Assembly (NCBI GenBank): GCA_951406725.2
Contig: OX597818.1
Span: 66,526,001-66,590,000, forward strand
Length of the DNA: 64,000 nt
From: Octopus vulgaris
Lineage: Eukaryota
Direction of reading: 5' to 3'
The notes beneath the pieces are model-generated. The model was not told the DNA's origin and ran no database searches. It was given only the letters and a program-made list of their open reading frames with translations. How positions within the stretch are numbered: the stretch's first letter is position 1; the number at the start of each line of letters is the position of its first letter. Below, one piece after another: positions 29,031-43,367 of the stretch. A program made the translations under genes and the position numbers.

Positions 29031-32000
29031 TCCATTTGTTGATGGCTTGGTGTGTTTGAGGAATATAATTATTTTTCAGTAGCATTCAAAAGGTAATTGT
29101 CTCAACACTCGTATGGCACTCCTCAATTATAAAATTACCATCCATTGCTCTATATAATACATCAAGATTTCAGCAGAACAGACTGCATAGGTCATGCAAG
29201 CTGTAAACAACACCATTTTGGCTGGCTAAAAGTTTCGATTTAAAGTAGGAATGAATGCATCAGTTGCAGTCATAACACTATCTTACACCAACCGATGAAA
29301 AGGATTGCATATTGATGACTCTTCTTTAAAGCCATAGGATTGAATATTTTTGCAATAATCCAGTACAATCACATTCATTTAATTTAAAGATGAAAGCCCG
29401 GTAGATTTGTTTTCTGTAAATGATTACATGTTCTTTTCTCTGAGGCGGGTGCCATTTGTTTGTAGCGACTTATTGCACGATGAATCTGCATTTGATCATC
29501 ACATCCATTTCAGTTTGAAGCAGAACATCAATTTTCAATCACAGTCGTCTTTCGGTTAAAAATGTTTCTTTTTACTTTGAGAACGGTAAATATTCCAGTC
29601 GTGTCTAATCATATTAAGCAATTTTGTTTACCCATGGGAGTAAATTGTAAACTAACTTATGGTCATTCCTTAAATACAAACCACTTTAGGTCATGAAATT
29701 CTAGCATATATCACCAACATGACTACAGTAGAATATCCGCGTAAATATCCTTTGTTTGATGTATTTCAAATTGTGGATGATGTCCTCTTACTTTGTAATC
29801 CATTGCTCCAAGAACTGTCGGTTTTTCTTTTATATTTGCAGTTGGTTTACAGTCGAATGAGGTCGGTGTAGTATGTAGGTTGACCATTCCAGTACCATGC
29901 ACTACTTTGTGGACAATGTCTATTTGGAGACGAATGATAATTATATTCTTGAATATTCAAAATTTAGGCAATAGACTCTATCTGGTGTATATTGATTCTC
30001 TCTTTCAAATGATAAATTACAGTTTCTAAACCCACACAAATCCTCTGAAATTACTACCATCCGACGACTTCCGTTTCAGAGGCAAATACTAAAGTACAAA
30101 CATTGATTCCTGCAATATATTGCTATTGATTACTCGATGATATTTTCAGACTTTTAAATATCTTTCTTCTGGAATAAATTACCAAGGATCTTCACCATTG
30201 AGCTGGCAGCATTTTAAAGCATCGAGTCTTCAATATATAAGTGTAGCGCCTGAAAGCTCGATGACAAGTTGAGTAATCGCATCTATAATGGAAAGCAAAA
30301 ATCTATTACTTTGATGTCAATATCCACCTCTCTGTTGATTTCTTTTGGCTGTAGCAATTTCTTTTAATACGTATCTTTGTATTATCAAAGTAGATGAAAC
30401 ATAACTAAACAGCCTTATATATTCTTTCTTATGCAGCATAAGGAGTAGAATACCTCTCCTAGAAACCGTATCCATTGATCAATTTAGACATGTTTTTCTT
30501 TCAAAATCTTATTCCATTACTTACCAAAGTTTCCTGTGTTTTTCCTATTAAAATAGTTCTATTGTTGTCTGCCATTTTCTTTTACTCTAAATCTATTTTC
30601 TCTCTTTAGTTGGTTGTAGCTCTCTCCTTCTCTTCTAGACATGACGTTACATTTTATCTTTTGAGTGTTTTTTTCTTTGTATTTGTAATTCTTCTGCTTT
30701 AGCACGATTAAGTTTACTACCAGTCATTCTAAATATTCCTATCTCTCTAGACCGATATACTGACTTTATGATCCCCTGCTTCTATTTATAATGATCGTTA
30801 TTTTCTCACTCTATACACAGAGATATGGTCTGCATAAATGCACGGAGTATCGTTTAACAGAAAGCATTATCATTTACCTGCTCAAGTTACCTAAAATGTA
30901 TATTTGTTCTCCTCAATACTTCGGAGATTATATATTTTATATCAACACCGCAACATACATTCACATTTAGTAAGTTGAAATATGAAATATGCCATCTGTT
31001 GCATTTTACAACTTATTTTCTATAAAAACCACATCTTCAAATGCTTCGAAATAGCCTGAGTGTTAAGATGGGAATAATATTTCTTATATCGTAGAATTTT
31101 TCCAATAAGAATTTTTCTAAATCCATAGCCGAATCTCTCATGTAATGCATTAATTTTCAAAGAACAGTTTGAAAATGATGGTCATAATTGTATGGTTAAA
31201 ATGCAACCGACGTAGAATGTGTCGTATTCCCTCTATCCTGTTGAAATGAAAATATTTTGACGCAATTCTAAAATTATATGAGAATGCTGAAAAACAAACA
31301 CTCACACACACACAAACACACACATACATGCTTACATATGGCAGTAAAATTTTTCCATACTCAAATCATAATTGAGAATGTAATTTAATATAAATATAGT
31401 TGCGTGTTTCAAAGTAAAACATGTCGATATAATCCAGTCGAAAACCTGTGTCCTGTTATAACTTTTGTTTATTTTGTCTTTCTTATTCACAACACTTTAT
31501 GCCAAACGTTTACGATATCAAGAGCGGATACTTTCGGTATGTGCTTCAACTTCTGCACATTCCGATTAATTGTAAGTTTTGTATACACACTACATATACA
31601 AATACATCCACAAACCTACAAAGTGACGCACACACACACTCGCTCACATACACACAATGGTATGCCTATTTATCATGAAACCAATCATGGTTATAGATAA
31701 TTAAGGAATACAAAATAATTATTTAAAACTTCAAGAAGACGATATCAGCGAAACTATATCCAGTTCACTATGGCATTTTTTATAAACTAAAAACAACACT
31801 TTAAGCCACAAAACTCAGAAATATACATAGTAAAATATTATGACTCGAAGCAACATGTGGTTCCTTATTTTCCTTCTTGCCATCCATCCGGTTCTCTTTT
31901 GTGATGCATGTTAATATAAATTGCTTATGCCAAACTCTCCTTAAGAATACGTAGACTGATATAATTTCCTTGAACTATGATGCATTTTTTTTCAGCAAAG

Positions 32001-32109
32001 CATAAAGTTATTCTCTCACTACTGAAGTTAAAAGGTTAAACATTATTTAATTACGACGTATTCTCGAATTTTCTTCGCAGTATCTTTGAAATATATATAT
32101 ATGTTACAG

Positions 32110-32424
32110 ATCCCATCAGCCATGGATGACTACGTGATTGCATCTAGAATGTTACCCTCCGAGATACAAGTCCAAGCAATATTGTTTATGGAAGGCCAGC
32201 AGTCACCTATGCATGCCAGCCTCCCTTCTCCACGCCACCGATGTTATCCGAGGGACAGGCAAAGGCCGATATAACTTGGCACCAGTGACGTCACAAATCA
32301 TTTTTGCAGATTTGTGAACTGGAGAAAGCGTCTTGCCCAAGAACACAGTACGCAGACCGGTCCGGGAATCGATCTCACCACCTCATGATCGTGAGCCCGA
32401 CGTTCTAACAACTGAGCCATGTGC
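32110..32424 (-). mobile_element. SINE family C (tRNA-like head plus tgtgttcttgggcaagac block)
   Basis: Minus strand ggcacatggctcagttgttagaacgtcgggctcacgatcatgaggtggtgagatcgattcccgg has A-box- and B-box-like motifs; a related head is at 42478. Confidence 0.7.
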
Positions 32425-32569
32425 CTAGTAGTAGTAGTAGTGGTAGTGGTAGTGATGGTAGCTGTTGTAGCAGTAGAAACAGCAGTAGTTTTAATTGTAG
32501 TAGCAGTATATTGTTTATGGAATGCCAGCAGTTTGTAATAGAAGTATAAAAATGCAAGCAATAGAATTA

Positions 32570-32779
32570 GAAGAAGAAGAAGAAGAAGAAGAAGACGAAG
32601 AAGAATAAGAAGAAGAAGAAGAAGAAGACGAAGAAGAAGACGAAGAAGAAGAAGACGAAGAAGAAGAAGAAGAAGAAGAAGAAGAAGAAGAAGAAGACGA
32701 AGAAGAAGACGAAGAAGAAGAAGACGAAGAAGAAGAAGACGAAGAAGAAGAAGAAGAAGAAGAAGAAGAAGAAGATGGA

Positions 32780-32811
<32 letters not shown>

Positions 32812-32860
32812 CGACGACGGCCACGACCACGACCACTACCACGACGACCACGACCACGTC
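32570..32860 (+). repeat. (GAA)n with periodic GAC, then (GAT)n and (CAC/GAC)
   Basis: Direct reading. Confidence 0.97.
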
Positions 32861-33289
32861 GATTGTTCAAGTTGACTCCACCAGTTCATTTCTTCATCCG
32901 CATTCTTTACATTGCCTTCCACGTGACTCCGATTTTCGCAAACCTATCTCTACCAATTTTAACAGGAACTTTCTCCCTGTTAAAGAGGTTTTCTGCCCAA
33001 CTTTTGTAACTGTCATTATCGCAAACACTATTTATCATTAGTAATATCAGCGGCACCGGTTTTCATAATAAACCTAAACAGCATGCGATACGACGTTATC
33101 TTCTCCATTTGCCTTTTATTTATATCATTCACCCTGGTCATTACACACTTCTAATTTTGTTCAGGACTAGAAGTTTTTCTCACATTTTGCTGGTTACTTT
33201 CAAGTTGCCAATGACACTTATATTAACATCATGACGATATATGTAACTTGTAAATAAAGATGATCTCCGTGTGGATTATGATAGTAATA

Positions 33290-33518
33290 TATTTCTTTAT
33301 TGCCCATAAGGGGCTAAACACAGAGGGAACAAACAAGGACAGACAAACGGATTAAGTCGATTATATCTACCCCAGTGCGTAACTGGTAATTAACTTACCG
33401 ACCCCGAAAGGATGAAAGGCAAAGTCGACCTCGGTGGAATTTTTACCCAGAACGCAGCGCCAAACGAAATACTGCTAAGCATTTCGCCTGCCGTGCTAAC
33501 GATTCTGCCAGTTCGCCG
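33290..33518 (-). mobile_element. SINE family B
   Basis: Reverse complement of the family B head, core and tail 1. Confidence 0.88.
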
Positions 33519-34147
33519 ATGGTGATTACAAGATGACGATTATGATGTTTCATTTTTGTTATTTTTTTTTGTTCTTGACAGGGTTATACTTATGTATAAT
33601 GTTTACTTTGTTAGTCTTTTTATAACAATAGCATTTGCTGTGTAATGTATTCTCTTCATAATGCGTTAACACACTTTGCCTCTTCTTCCCTCTGTATTGC
33701 ATTGGTTTAGCTGACACTATGTATTGCAGTATTGCAATTTCAAACAAAACAAATTTCGTGTTAGTTATATTATGATAACGAGGTTAAGTAAAAACAACAG
33801 CAAACATCGTATTTTGTTCTTCACATTTTAGTAAAGCTAATTTATTTTGTTTCACCAAGTGGCAAACATATTTTATAGCCGAGGCTATTGTCCGATCCGC
33901 CAATATGAAAACTATTCCCAAGTGCTTTTTACCTAATGTTCTTACTTTATAACCTGTGAAAAAATGGTTACTGGTTACATTTTGAAAACATTTCTGTACG
34001 AAAGTATTCGTGCTTAAATTTAATTGTATTAATTTATTCTGGCAATAAATTCGACAAAATCTAATTAAACAACTACAAATTGGAAGTCTACTCGACTTTC
34101 TATTGTTGCGTATAGTTCATTAACCTCTCTTCAGCAATAAATGATAT

Positions 34148-34430
34148 ATGTGTGTATGTGTGTGTGTGTGTGCATATGTATATTTGTATATATGTAAGTA
34201 TGTATGTATTTATATGTGTGTGTGTGCATATATATATTTGTATATATGTAAGTATGTATGTATTTATATGTGTGTGTGTGCATATATATATTTGTATATA
34301 TGTAAGTATGTATGTATTTATATGTGTGTGTGCATATGTATATTTGTATATATGTAAGTATGTATGTATTTATATGTGTGTCTGTGTGCATATATATATA
34401 TGTAAGTATGTATGTATTTATATGTGTGCG
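34148..34430 (+). repeat. ~54-bp minisatellite (about 5 units) built from TG/TA/TATG microsatellite blocks
   Basis: Repeating tgtgtgtgcatatatatatttgtatatatgtaagtatgtatgtatttata; 18-aa periodicity in the ORF track. Confidence 0.9.
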
Positions 34431-35397
34431 TGTGTATTTCAGTGGAATGTATCGGCCCCAATACTTATTTTTATTTTTAAGCCAGGTACTTATTTTATCG
34501 TATCTATTGCTGAACCGCTAAGGTTTGGGACATGTAGACACCAATACCAGTTGTCAAGCAGGGATAGGGGATAAACATAGATACAAAAACATTCTGAATT
34601 CGATATTCATAAATATATAAAGCTGGAATTAGAAAATAATTAATAAAACCATAAGGGTTCGCAATGAGCCCTTTGTCACTAGAAACAATGCCAAGTCCGA
34701 CCAAAAATATGTTACCAGTTTTTCTCGTGATTATATTACTTGTACATATAACCGTCCAGTTAAGAATTATTACACAAGTATGAAATAATCTGGATATCCT
34801 TTTCTGGTCTTCTAAATGCACTTAGCACATGAGCCACAAATTTAATAATGATTATTAATTTGGGAACAGGACACCCAATTAGAGGGAGGATATCCTGGCA
34901 GGCTAATTTTAGTTAAATTTTATTCAATACAAATGGAGTCGAAGCGGTAATGAAATTGCGGTGGCACATTTTGGGATAAGGTGCATATATACTGCTCGGG
35001 GTACAAAAATGTTCCCATATTTTAGATTGCTGTGCCACTATTAGAAGTTAGGCATATGGTATCAGAATTTTAAAATTGGTAATTTTTGTATTTGTATTCG
35101 CAGTTTGCATCGTCATTTGAACCACTGCACTCCATGCATTTGTTGTTAAAATGCTTTTCAATCTGTAAAATCTGTGAGCTTTTATTGCTTCCTATATTTT
35201 AAAACGTTCACTTGTTAAATAAATATTAGATTTTTACGATTCAAGTTTTGCAATATAAAACATTTAAGTAAATAGTTTAACGATACAAAGTATTTAATAG
35301 CTTAACTATGAATGTGGTATAAAACTATCACATCAAAATGCATGATATATATTATATTATACGATGCTGTTTCAACAATAGTGTCTTAGTATAATTA

Positions 35398-35812
35398 TAT
35401 TTCTTTATTTCCCAGAAGAGGCTAAACATAGAGGGGACAAAGAAGGACAGACAAAGGGATTAATTCGATTACATCGATCCCAGTGAGAAACTGGTACTTT
35501 ATTTAGCGACCCCGAAAGGATGAAAGGCAAAGTCGACCTCGGCGCAATTTGAACTCAGAACGTAACGACAAACGAAATACCTATTTCTTTACTACCCACA
35601 AGGGGCTAAACACAGAGAGGACAAACAAGGACAGACAAACGAATTAAGTCGATTATATCGACCCCAGTGCGTAACTGGTACTGATTTAATCGACCCCGAA
35701 AAGATGAAAGGCAAAGTCGACCTCGGCGGAATTTGAACTCAGAACGTAGCCGCAGACGAAATACCGCTAAGCATTTTGCCTGGCGCGCGAACGTGTCTGC
35801 CAGCTCGCCGCC
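35398..35812 (-). mobile_element. SINE family B dimer
   Basis: Full unit 35581-35812 fused to a headless unit 35398-35580. Confidence 0.9.
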
Positions 35813-36619
35813 TGGTGTCTTAGTATTATGGGCAGGACAAATATATCTGGTGGTAAAGGAGACGGTGCAATAACTTTGATCAGATTGCGTGAGGTTATGT
35901 GTTTCCACTCTTGTAGTACATCGCATTTTGGTCCTTGGAAAATGAGACTACATAACTATGCCCGTAGGTCTGGTCTTTTTGCAGTGAATAATAAATGAAG
36001 TTGAATAATAAAGTTTGCAATCTTCGCCTTTATACTTCATTGAGTATAAGATATTGTTTTGTACTTGGAGCATGTTTTCATTTTCCACATTGCAGCTTCG
36101 CCATCATCAGGAAATTATGTGAGCAGAAGTTTGTAATGCACACCTACCAGTAGATTGGGATTGATGTGAAATGGTTTGTGGTTATTTATGTTATTTTTAA
36201 ATGAGATATCCATTTATAGATTTGCAACACAGAACTTTCTCGTCATAGAAATTATACTTAATGTGTTTAGTTTAGCAGTTGTTGCATCCATGGGAAGAGT
36301 TTAAAATTAATAGGTTTTGTATGCTGTTATGACTCGTCACAAATATCCATTAAGTTTGCAGTTTTCTATATGGATACTTGTTTTACAAAAGATGAGCATA
36401 CTTAAAATCAATTTTGTCTTTCACGGATGAAAATCTAAAACTTCATCCCAAAAATACGTGACTGACATCGATGTTATTTACGTGTTTTAATTATTTAAAT
36501 ACTTCCTTTCAAGAAGAAGATGGATTCTAACAAAGTGACAAAGCTCCATTATTCGAATGTAGAAAACGGAAATCGTAAGTATGTATGTATGTATGTATGT
36601 GTCTTCTATTTTTGAAGCC

Positions 36620-38560
36620 TAATAAATCTCCCGTTTAACATAAATCTAAGAAAATATGAGTTACACTGATATTTCTAGCAGTTGAAGAGCCTAACAGGTA
36701 ACCATCTGTTTTCTGTATTCGGAATGATAATGGCTTCAGTATCAAATGGAGAAGTACAGAAAGATTTTTCCCTGGAATATTCCGTTTGTAATGCCTATAC
36801 TACAAGAAACAGTTATTCTATTCTCAGTTGTAAGTTTAAGAATAGTTGTCCTCGTCTTTGTGAGTCTCCCTATATCAGTAATTAAGGTAGTAGGTACTTT
36901 GACCAGGTATAGGCACTTCAACCGTCATGAGTGAAGTGTAGATTTGAATGCCTTCTTATAGTTAAGCCATTCCGTCAAAAGGTTTCTGCGCTGTTTTCTT
37001 ACTTCAGACAATACAGCTTGGTTTATTAAAAGTTGTTCTGCACATCCCCACACTCCCTTCTTTCCACTTGCCTTTTTATGTCACAATGTTGTTCGATTCA
37101 CAATGGTCCAAGAGGAACTGGTTGAGGCAACTTCTGTACAGTTTGTACGTAATTTTTAAGCAAGCAAAGAGCCTATACTTTCCTGCCAAACTCGGTGATT
37201 TCATTTCAGGCAACAAGATGTGTCCTTGTTGTAGCAAGACAATGTCGTATATTAGCCTGACCTTCCATAGTCCTTTTTAAAATACATATAAATTGGCGTC
37301 TATAAAATGTCAGCTTCTTGAATCAATATCCAACAATTAGGCCCAAGCCTTCCCATTCCATTGTTTGCCTACTGCTATAGCGAAGTTTTCTGCATTAATT
37401 TTGTGTTTTACTGTTAGTGTTGGTACAGTATTCTCTCTCAATTGTATTTAACCATGATGCATTCAGGTTTCAACCCCTCTTTTCGTTCAACATGATTGAC
37501 CAGAATGATTGTAGATCTTCTTCGGAGGGAGCTTTCTTGGTGGTAATATTTTCCTTCCGCATCTCTCTGTATAACGTTTGTGGGTTGGAAGCAAACTTGC
37601 AATTGATACTGGCTCACTCAAAAATTCGCATGCGATACAGAAGTTTCTCGCTCATTATCCAGAGTTTATATTGTAAAGTGATTAGCTTTCCCTTAAGAGC
37701 AAAAGAGTTGCCATAAAGTTTCGCTAATTTTTGTCTAGAGTTGGTGAGGTGTCAACTCATTTTTCTCCTTACATCTAATTGTTGTAGTTAACCATCCAAT
37801 ATGGCGGCGCACGTTGTTGATGTTTTCGTCAAGTTTTGTGGTCCATGTAGACTGTTTCCCTTTCGTAATTTCGATACTTTGTTCATTGTAGATTTCTCCA
37901 GGTGTTCTTTAAGAGTAATAGTGGCTGTGTATATAAGATTATTAATATTCCAGTAATTAACATCACATGATTCCATGTGTTATCCGATAACATCGTTGAT
38001 AAATTTAAACACTAGATCTGTCAGATTTTTTCACACACTTGTTGGGAATAGAAATCTTCAAGAACCAGCATAATGTTTTCGAATTGTAATTTCGAAATGA
38101 GTCGGATATATTCCACATTCTTCGTTACTGAGTCAGCTAAATTTAGGGATAACCTCAAATTTAGTGATAGCAGGAACGGTGGTTTGTTAACATTATTTTT
38201 TAAGTCGTTCCTGGCAGATTTTGACTAATTTTCAGTGTTTTGGGAGGATCGCGGATCAGTTGATTTTTTGTTTTTTTTAGAAAAGATGCTTCTTGTCGGA
38301 GCTGTTTCGCATCGAAGTATTTAAACTGGGTTGAGCTTCGTCGCTGTATTGTTTTAACTGCTCCATGTATCCGATCTTCGTTTAGCTGTTGAGCCCAAGT
38401 AAAACGAGAAGAGTACTTACGCCTTCTTAAATAACTTACTAATGAAGTGGTTGATTTCATCGGTGGCAACGTTGTTAGTTTCATCTCTGTTCAACCATAA
38501 TCGTGTTTGCGAGATTCCACGTGGTGCAGATGTATATTTTAAAATCTGTTCAAAAGAGCA
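36620..38560 (-). mobile_element. Decayed R4/Dong-clade retrotransposon, N-terminal region to mid-RT
   Basis: KGVWGCAEQLLINQAVLSEVRKQRRNLLTEWLNYKKAF..H...LKCL..KVP and GIFQG; upstream YWNINNLIYTATITL. Many stops. Confidence 0.8.
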
Positions 38561-39006
38561 AGCAATACGATGGCAAGTAAAAGGCGTTTCTCTGATTAAT
38601 TATTAAAGAAATAAACCAGTGCCATCTTTTTTTCCTTCTTCCTGAAAATAATACAACTGATACCTTTCTTTAAAGATAAAATAATTATATAAAATAATAT
38701 ATCTTGCACAAATATTTTGTGTTAGAGTATTCACAAAAGAAATATCTTCATGATGAGAATGTTTACTTTAATGAAAGTACAGACTTTCATTAATGGAAAT
38801 AACGTTCTTTATTCAATACTGCGACATCTGCTCTTATTTCCTTTGCATATACATTGTTTATATTGTGGCTAATAACAATATATAATATATATGAACACAA
38901 GTTGTGAGACCAGCAAATGTACAGATGTCGGTCTAAGTGGTCGAATTACTAGGGAAAGGATCTGCATAGGCAAAATGTATATTGTGTCAATACATACTAT
39001 CGTATA

Positions 39007-39466
39007 CGACGGGGAACTGGCAGAGACGTTAGCACACCGGGCGAAACACATAGCGGTATTTCGTCAGTGTTTCCGTTCTGAGTTCAAATTCCACCTAAGT
39101 CGATTCTGCCTTTCATCCTTTCGGAGTCGATTAAATAAAAACCAGTTACGCACTGGGGTGAATTTAATCGATTTAATTCCTTTGTCTATACATGTTTGTC
39201 CCCTCTATGTTTAAACCCCACTGGGAAATAAATAAATATATAATATCATAATAAAGCGGTGAGCTAGCAGACATGTTAGCACGACGGGCGAAATGTATAG
39301 CGGTATTTCGTTTGTCTTTATGTTCTGAGTTCAAATTTCGCCGAGGTCGACTTTGCTTTTCATCCTTTTGAGGTTAATTAAATAAGTACCAGTTACGCAC
39401 CTAGTGGATTTAATCAACTGGCCGCCTCAGCAAAAATGTCGAGCCTTGTACCTAGAGTAGAAAATG
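39007..39466 (+). mobile_element. Two tandem SINE family B units (tail 1, then tail 2)
   Basis: Unit 1 (39007-39236) ends ..ccccactgggaaataaa; unit 2 (39256-39466) ends ..gagccttgtacctagagtagaaaa. Confidence 0.85.
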
Positions 39467-40360
39467 ATATATAATACCAGGTACTGTCATCAGCATCGGA
39501 TTTAAAACGATGGACACAAATGATATATGCTTGGTCATTGGATCATGTTTTATAAAGAGAGAGATTTCGATACTGGCCACAACAATTACAAATAACATTA
39601 CTGATATGCCTGTCTGAAGTAATCTCATATTGTTATAACTGCAATCCAAATACACCCACCAGTGCAGACATAATAAAAACATTCACTGATCATATATTTT
39701 CAATACTATTCCACTTTTTAATTTATATCAAATTTTTTTTGCTTCGTTCTTTCAGTCTCTTATTCATGCGACGCAGTGTTTATCACGGAGTTGTCATAAA
39801 CCACACTTCTATTTTTTTTCATAATTAGAAATATATATATAATGGGGTTGGTGATCACAATGGAACCAACACACACAATGAAAATATTTATGAAAAGAGA
39901 AGAGAAAATTTACGTAAACAAATACAACACAAAGATCATTAACTTATAATAATGCTAGAATTAAGTTGAACATGAAAAAGATGATTCTCAAATATTTATG
40001 TTTACGTATTTATTCGTTTATTTATTTAATTATGATTGTATATTTGAATATGAATACATACATATGTGAATAAATACACGCACATATCTATGTATATATA
40101 TACATATATATATATACATACATATATATATATATATGTATATATGTGTATATATATATAAGCATATATGTATATGTATATGCCTATATATGTATATATA
40201 TATATATATATCTATATCTATATATATATATCAATGTATCTATTTATCTATCTATCTATCTAACTATATATATATATATATATATATATTCATATATTGA
40301 TACACATATATGCATACACAAACACATACCCATATATATCCGCCTGTGTATAAGTGAACA

Positions 40361-40480
<120 letters not shown>

Positions 40481-41087
40481 CATACACACGCACAAAGAGG
40501 AAGAGAGACAGACAAAGAGAGAGAGGGCGATAATTTAGAATGAATAATCATTTGTCGATGTTTTCGCCGTTTCGTTTTCAGTGGGAATAACAGTCTAATC
40601 AAACAGAAGGCAACCAGCATCATTAACAGCTGAAACTAACAAAGCATTTAAAGAATTCAATTTCAACAATAATTTGTTTGAAATTTCGGAAAGTAAAAAA
40701 ACAATAACGTAAAATTTTACTGTTTATTGTGACATACTTCCAAAGTTTATTTGCACTATTAAAATCAAAATTTTAATTATTCGGTGCAAAATTGTGCTTT
40801 TCAGGGGAAAAGAAAATAAAGCAAACAGGATTCATTTAATATTTTTTTGCCTACCTTATTGCTAACGCGATGTGTGCTATGAATAAATGGCAATTAATTG
40901 CCAGTGACAGTAGAGGATGCATAAAAATACTTCATTAAATTAGAATGGTAGAATGGTGAAATGCAGAGGAACGACCTCTTAGTATAATATGCCTCATTTC
41001 CATAATCCGTGTATTCTCTCTATATTTTGGCATCAGATAATTCGCTTCTTGGAGAGAATATTGCAACAGAATGAGAAACAGCAATAT

Positions 41088-41098
41088 CATTATTATTA

Positions 41099-41190
<92 letters not shown>

Positions 41191-41260
41191 TATAGTAGCA
41201 GGAGGAAGAGGAGAAGGGAGGGGATCAGGAGGAGGCGGAGGAAGGGCAGCAGCAGCAGTA
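41088..41260 (+). repeat. Compound (ATT)n-(AGT)n-purine tract
   Basis: Direct reading. Confidence 0.95.
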
Positions 41261-41412
41261 ACAAGAATATTTGCATTGGTTAAAGCGGTATTACTATATA
41301 TAACAATCTTATTACTTCTACGTAAAGAATCCTGAAGGGGAAAAGTTAGACTGATTTCAGGCGAGTGTTCTTGGTGATGTTAAATACACTTGCACTGATT
41401 CGATATAACCTA

Positions 41413-41672
41413 GCTATATGGCGTAGTGGTTAAGAGCGCGGCTACTAACCTCAAGATTCCGAGTTCGATTCCAGGCAGTAACCAGAATAATACTACTAAT
41501 AATACTACTAATAATATTATCGAAAAACACCTTAGGAATGAGAACTCAGGTTCGAAGTTTCCCCAAGACACCGGATGAATGTTGGAAGGTATATCAGCGG
41601 AAACGCTATGTCATCAACAATCAAGATGAGGACAAATATCCATCGAATGTAAATAATATAAATAATGTAAAT
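41413..41672 (+). mobile_element. tRNA-headed element with AAT-rich spacer and degenerate hammerhead-like tail
   Basis: A box TGGCGTAGTGG (41419) and B box GTTCGATTCC (41463). GACAC CGGATGA..GTTGG/TCAGC..GAAACG..TGTC at 41567-41612; ends in (aaataatgt)-like repeats. Confidence 0.55.
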
Positions 41673-42477
41673 TCAATTTGCCAAGATATTTCGTCGTTTT
41701 GAGACCGCAACCTGTTCACTGACAGAAAGAGGGAGAAGGAGGAAGAGCGAGGAAGAGAGAAAGATAGATATATAATAGAATATTAAATGGGCCACGTGTG
41801 AGGAGAGGAAGTATTTAACTGCATGATGAATAGGTTACAAGAGGACTTAGAACAAAATCGCACATAGCTTATACTTTGAGTATTCTGAGGACGCCCTTAA
41901 TCAATGTGAAAAGAAACAGCTTTATGGAAAAAGGAATGAGAGTGCGGGTAGAAGAAATGACACGTGCAAATAAATCGTTTGGGAAGGGTAAAAAAATGCA
42001 GTGGCATTTTCTACAGAAACTCGTCCTCTCCATAACACATCTTTACTACGCTAATGTCTATCAAATGTAGTGAGAAAATTCTGGCCTGCCTAAGAGTGTA
42101 CCTAATTACCTAATTCTTATAAGCAACCTCTAGGTGAGTGCCAAATATGAGACTGACGTTGAGTCTATGAGTCTAGATCTGTCTCGTTCAGTAACGATAA
42201 TGGAATGTTGTTTTGTATAAGTGCGCAGTACAAATTAGGAAGGGATGCTGGAAGGTAAACTCAGATTGTATACACATTCAACAAGACAACGTCATTCGTT
42301 TGCTGAGGAATAATGAGGGTAGAATATTAAGTTGGACACTGAGCTGCGAGTCTGCATCTGCGATATACGTACGTATTGAGAGAGAGGCAAAATTATTTCG
42401 GAAATTTGTTGTTGTTGTTGTTATGAATTTATGACTCAAAGTTTCTCTTGAGGTTTATTCTTCATCGTGTCTATACT

Positions 42478-42785
42478 CGTGGCTGAGTGCTTCGCTATTC
42501 ATCTGATGATCGTGAGGTCGTGAGTTCGATTCCCTATCTCGCGTTTCTGTCCTTGGGCAGAATATTTCATTTCCCGTTGCTCTACTTCTCTTAACTGGCA
42601 AACATGAGCAGCATCTTAATTCAAAGAGCCAGCTTTGTCACATTCCGTATCACAAGGAATCTCTGTGACAACTACGTTAAAGTTACGCGTGTCAGTACAG
42701 TGTTGAACCACATGAACGTAAGTATCATGAGCAGGCTGTTCCGTTGATCATATCAACTAGAAAACTCATCGCCGTAACCGACGTA
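42478..42785 (+). mobile_element. Diverged tRNA-headed SINE (family C-like head, different tail)
   Basis: gatcgtgaggtcgtgagttcgattccc followed by tgtccttgggcag. Confidence 0.55.
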
Positions 42786-42867
42786 GTACCACTTTAATCT
42801 CGAGGAAACAAAATCACCTTTGAAATCTTTGTGCATCGAACACAATGTAGAAATGTTTTGTGAAAGA

Positions 42868-43367
<500 letters not shown>

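Noticed and set aside
40888-40903. Perfect 16-bp palindrome TGGCAATTAATTGCCA
   Set aside because: Isolated, AT-rich core, plausible by chance in 64 kb, and no supporting context.
41413-41480. Functional tRNA gene
   Set aside because: A and B boxes are present but the acceptor and anticodon stems pair poorly, there is no nearby T-run terminator, and it continues into a repeat body. Treated as a SINE head, as are the heads of families A-C.
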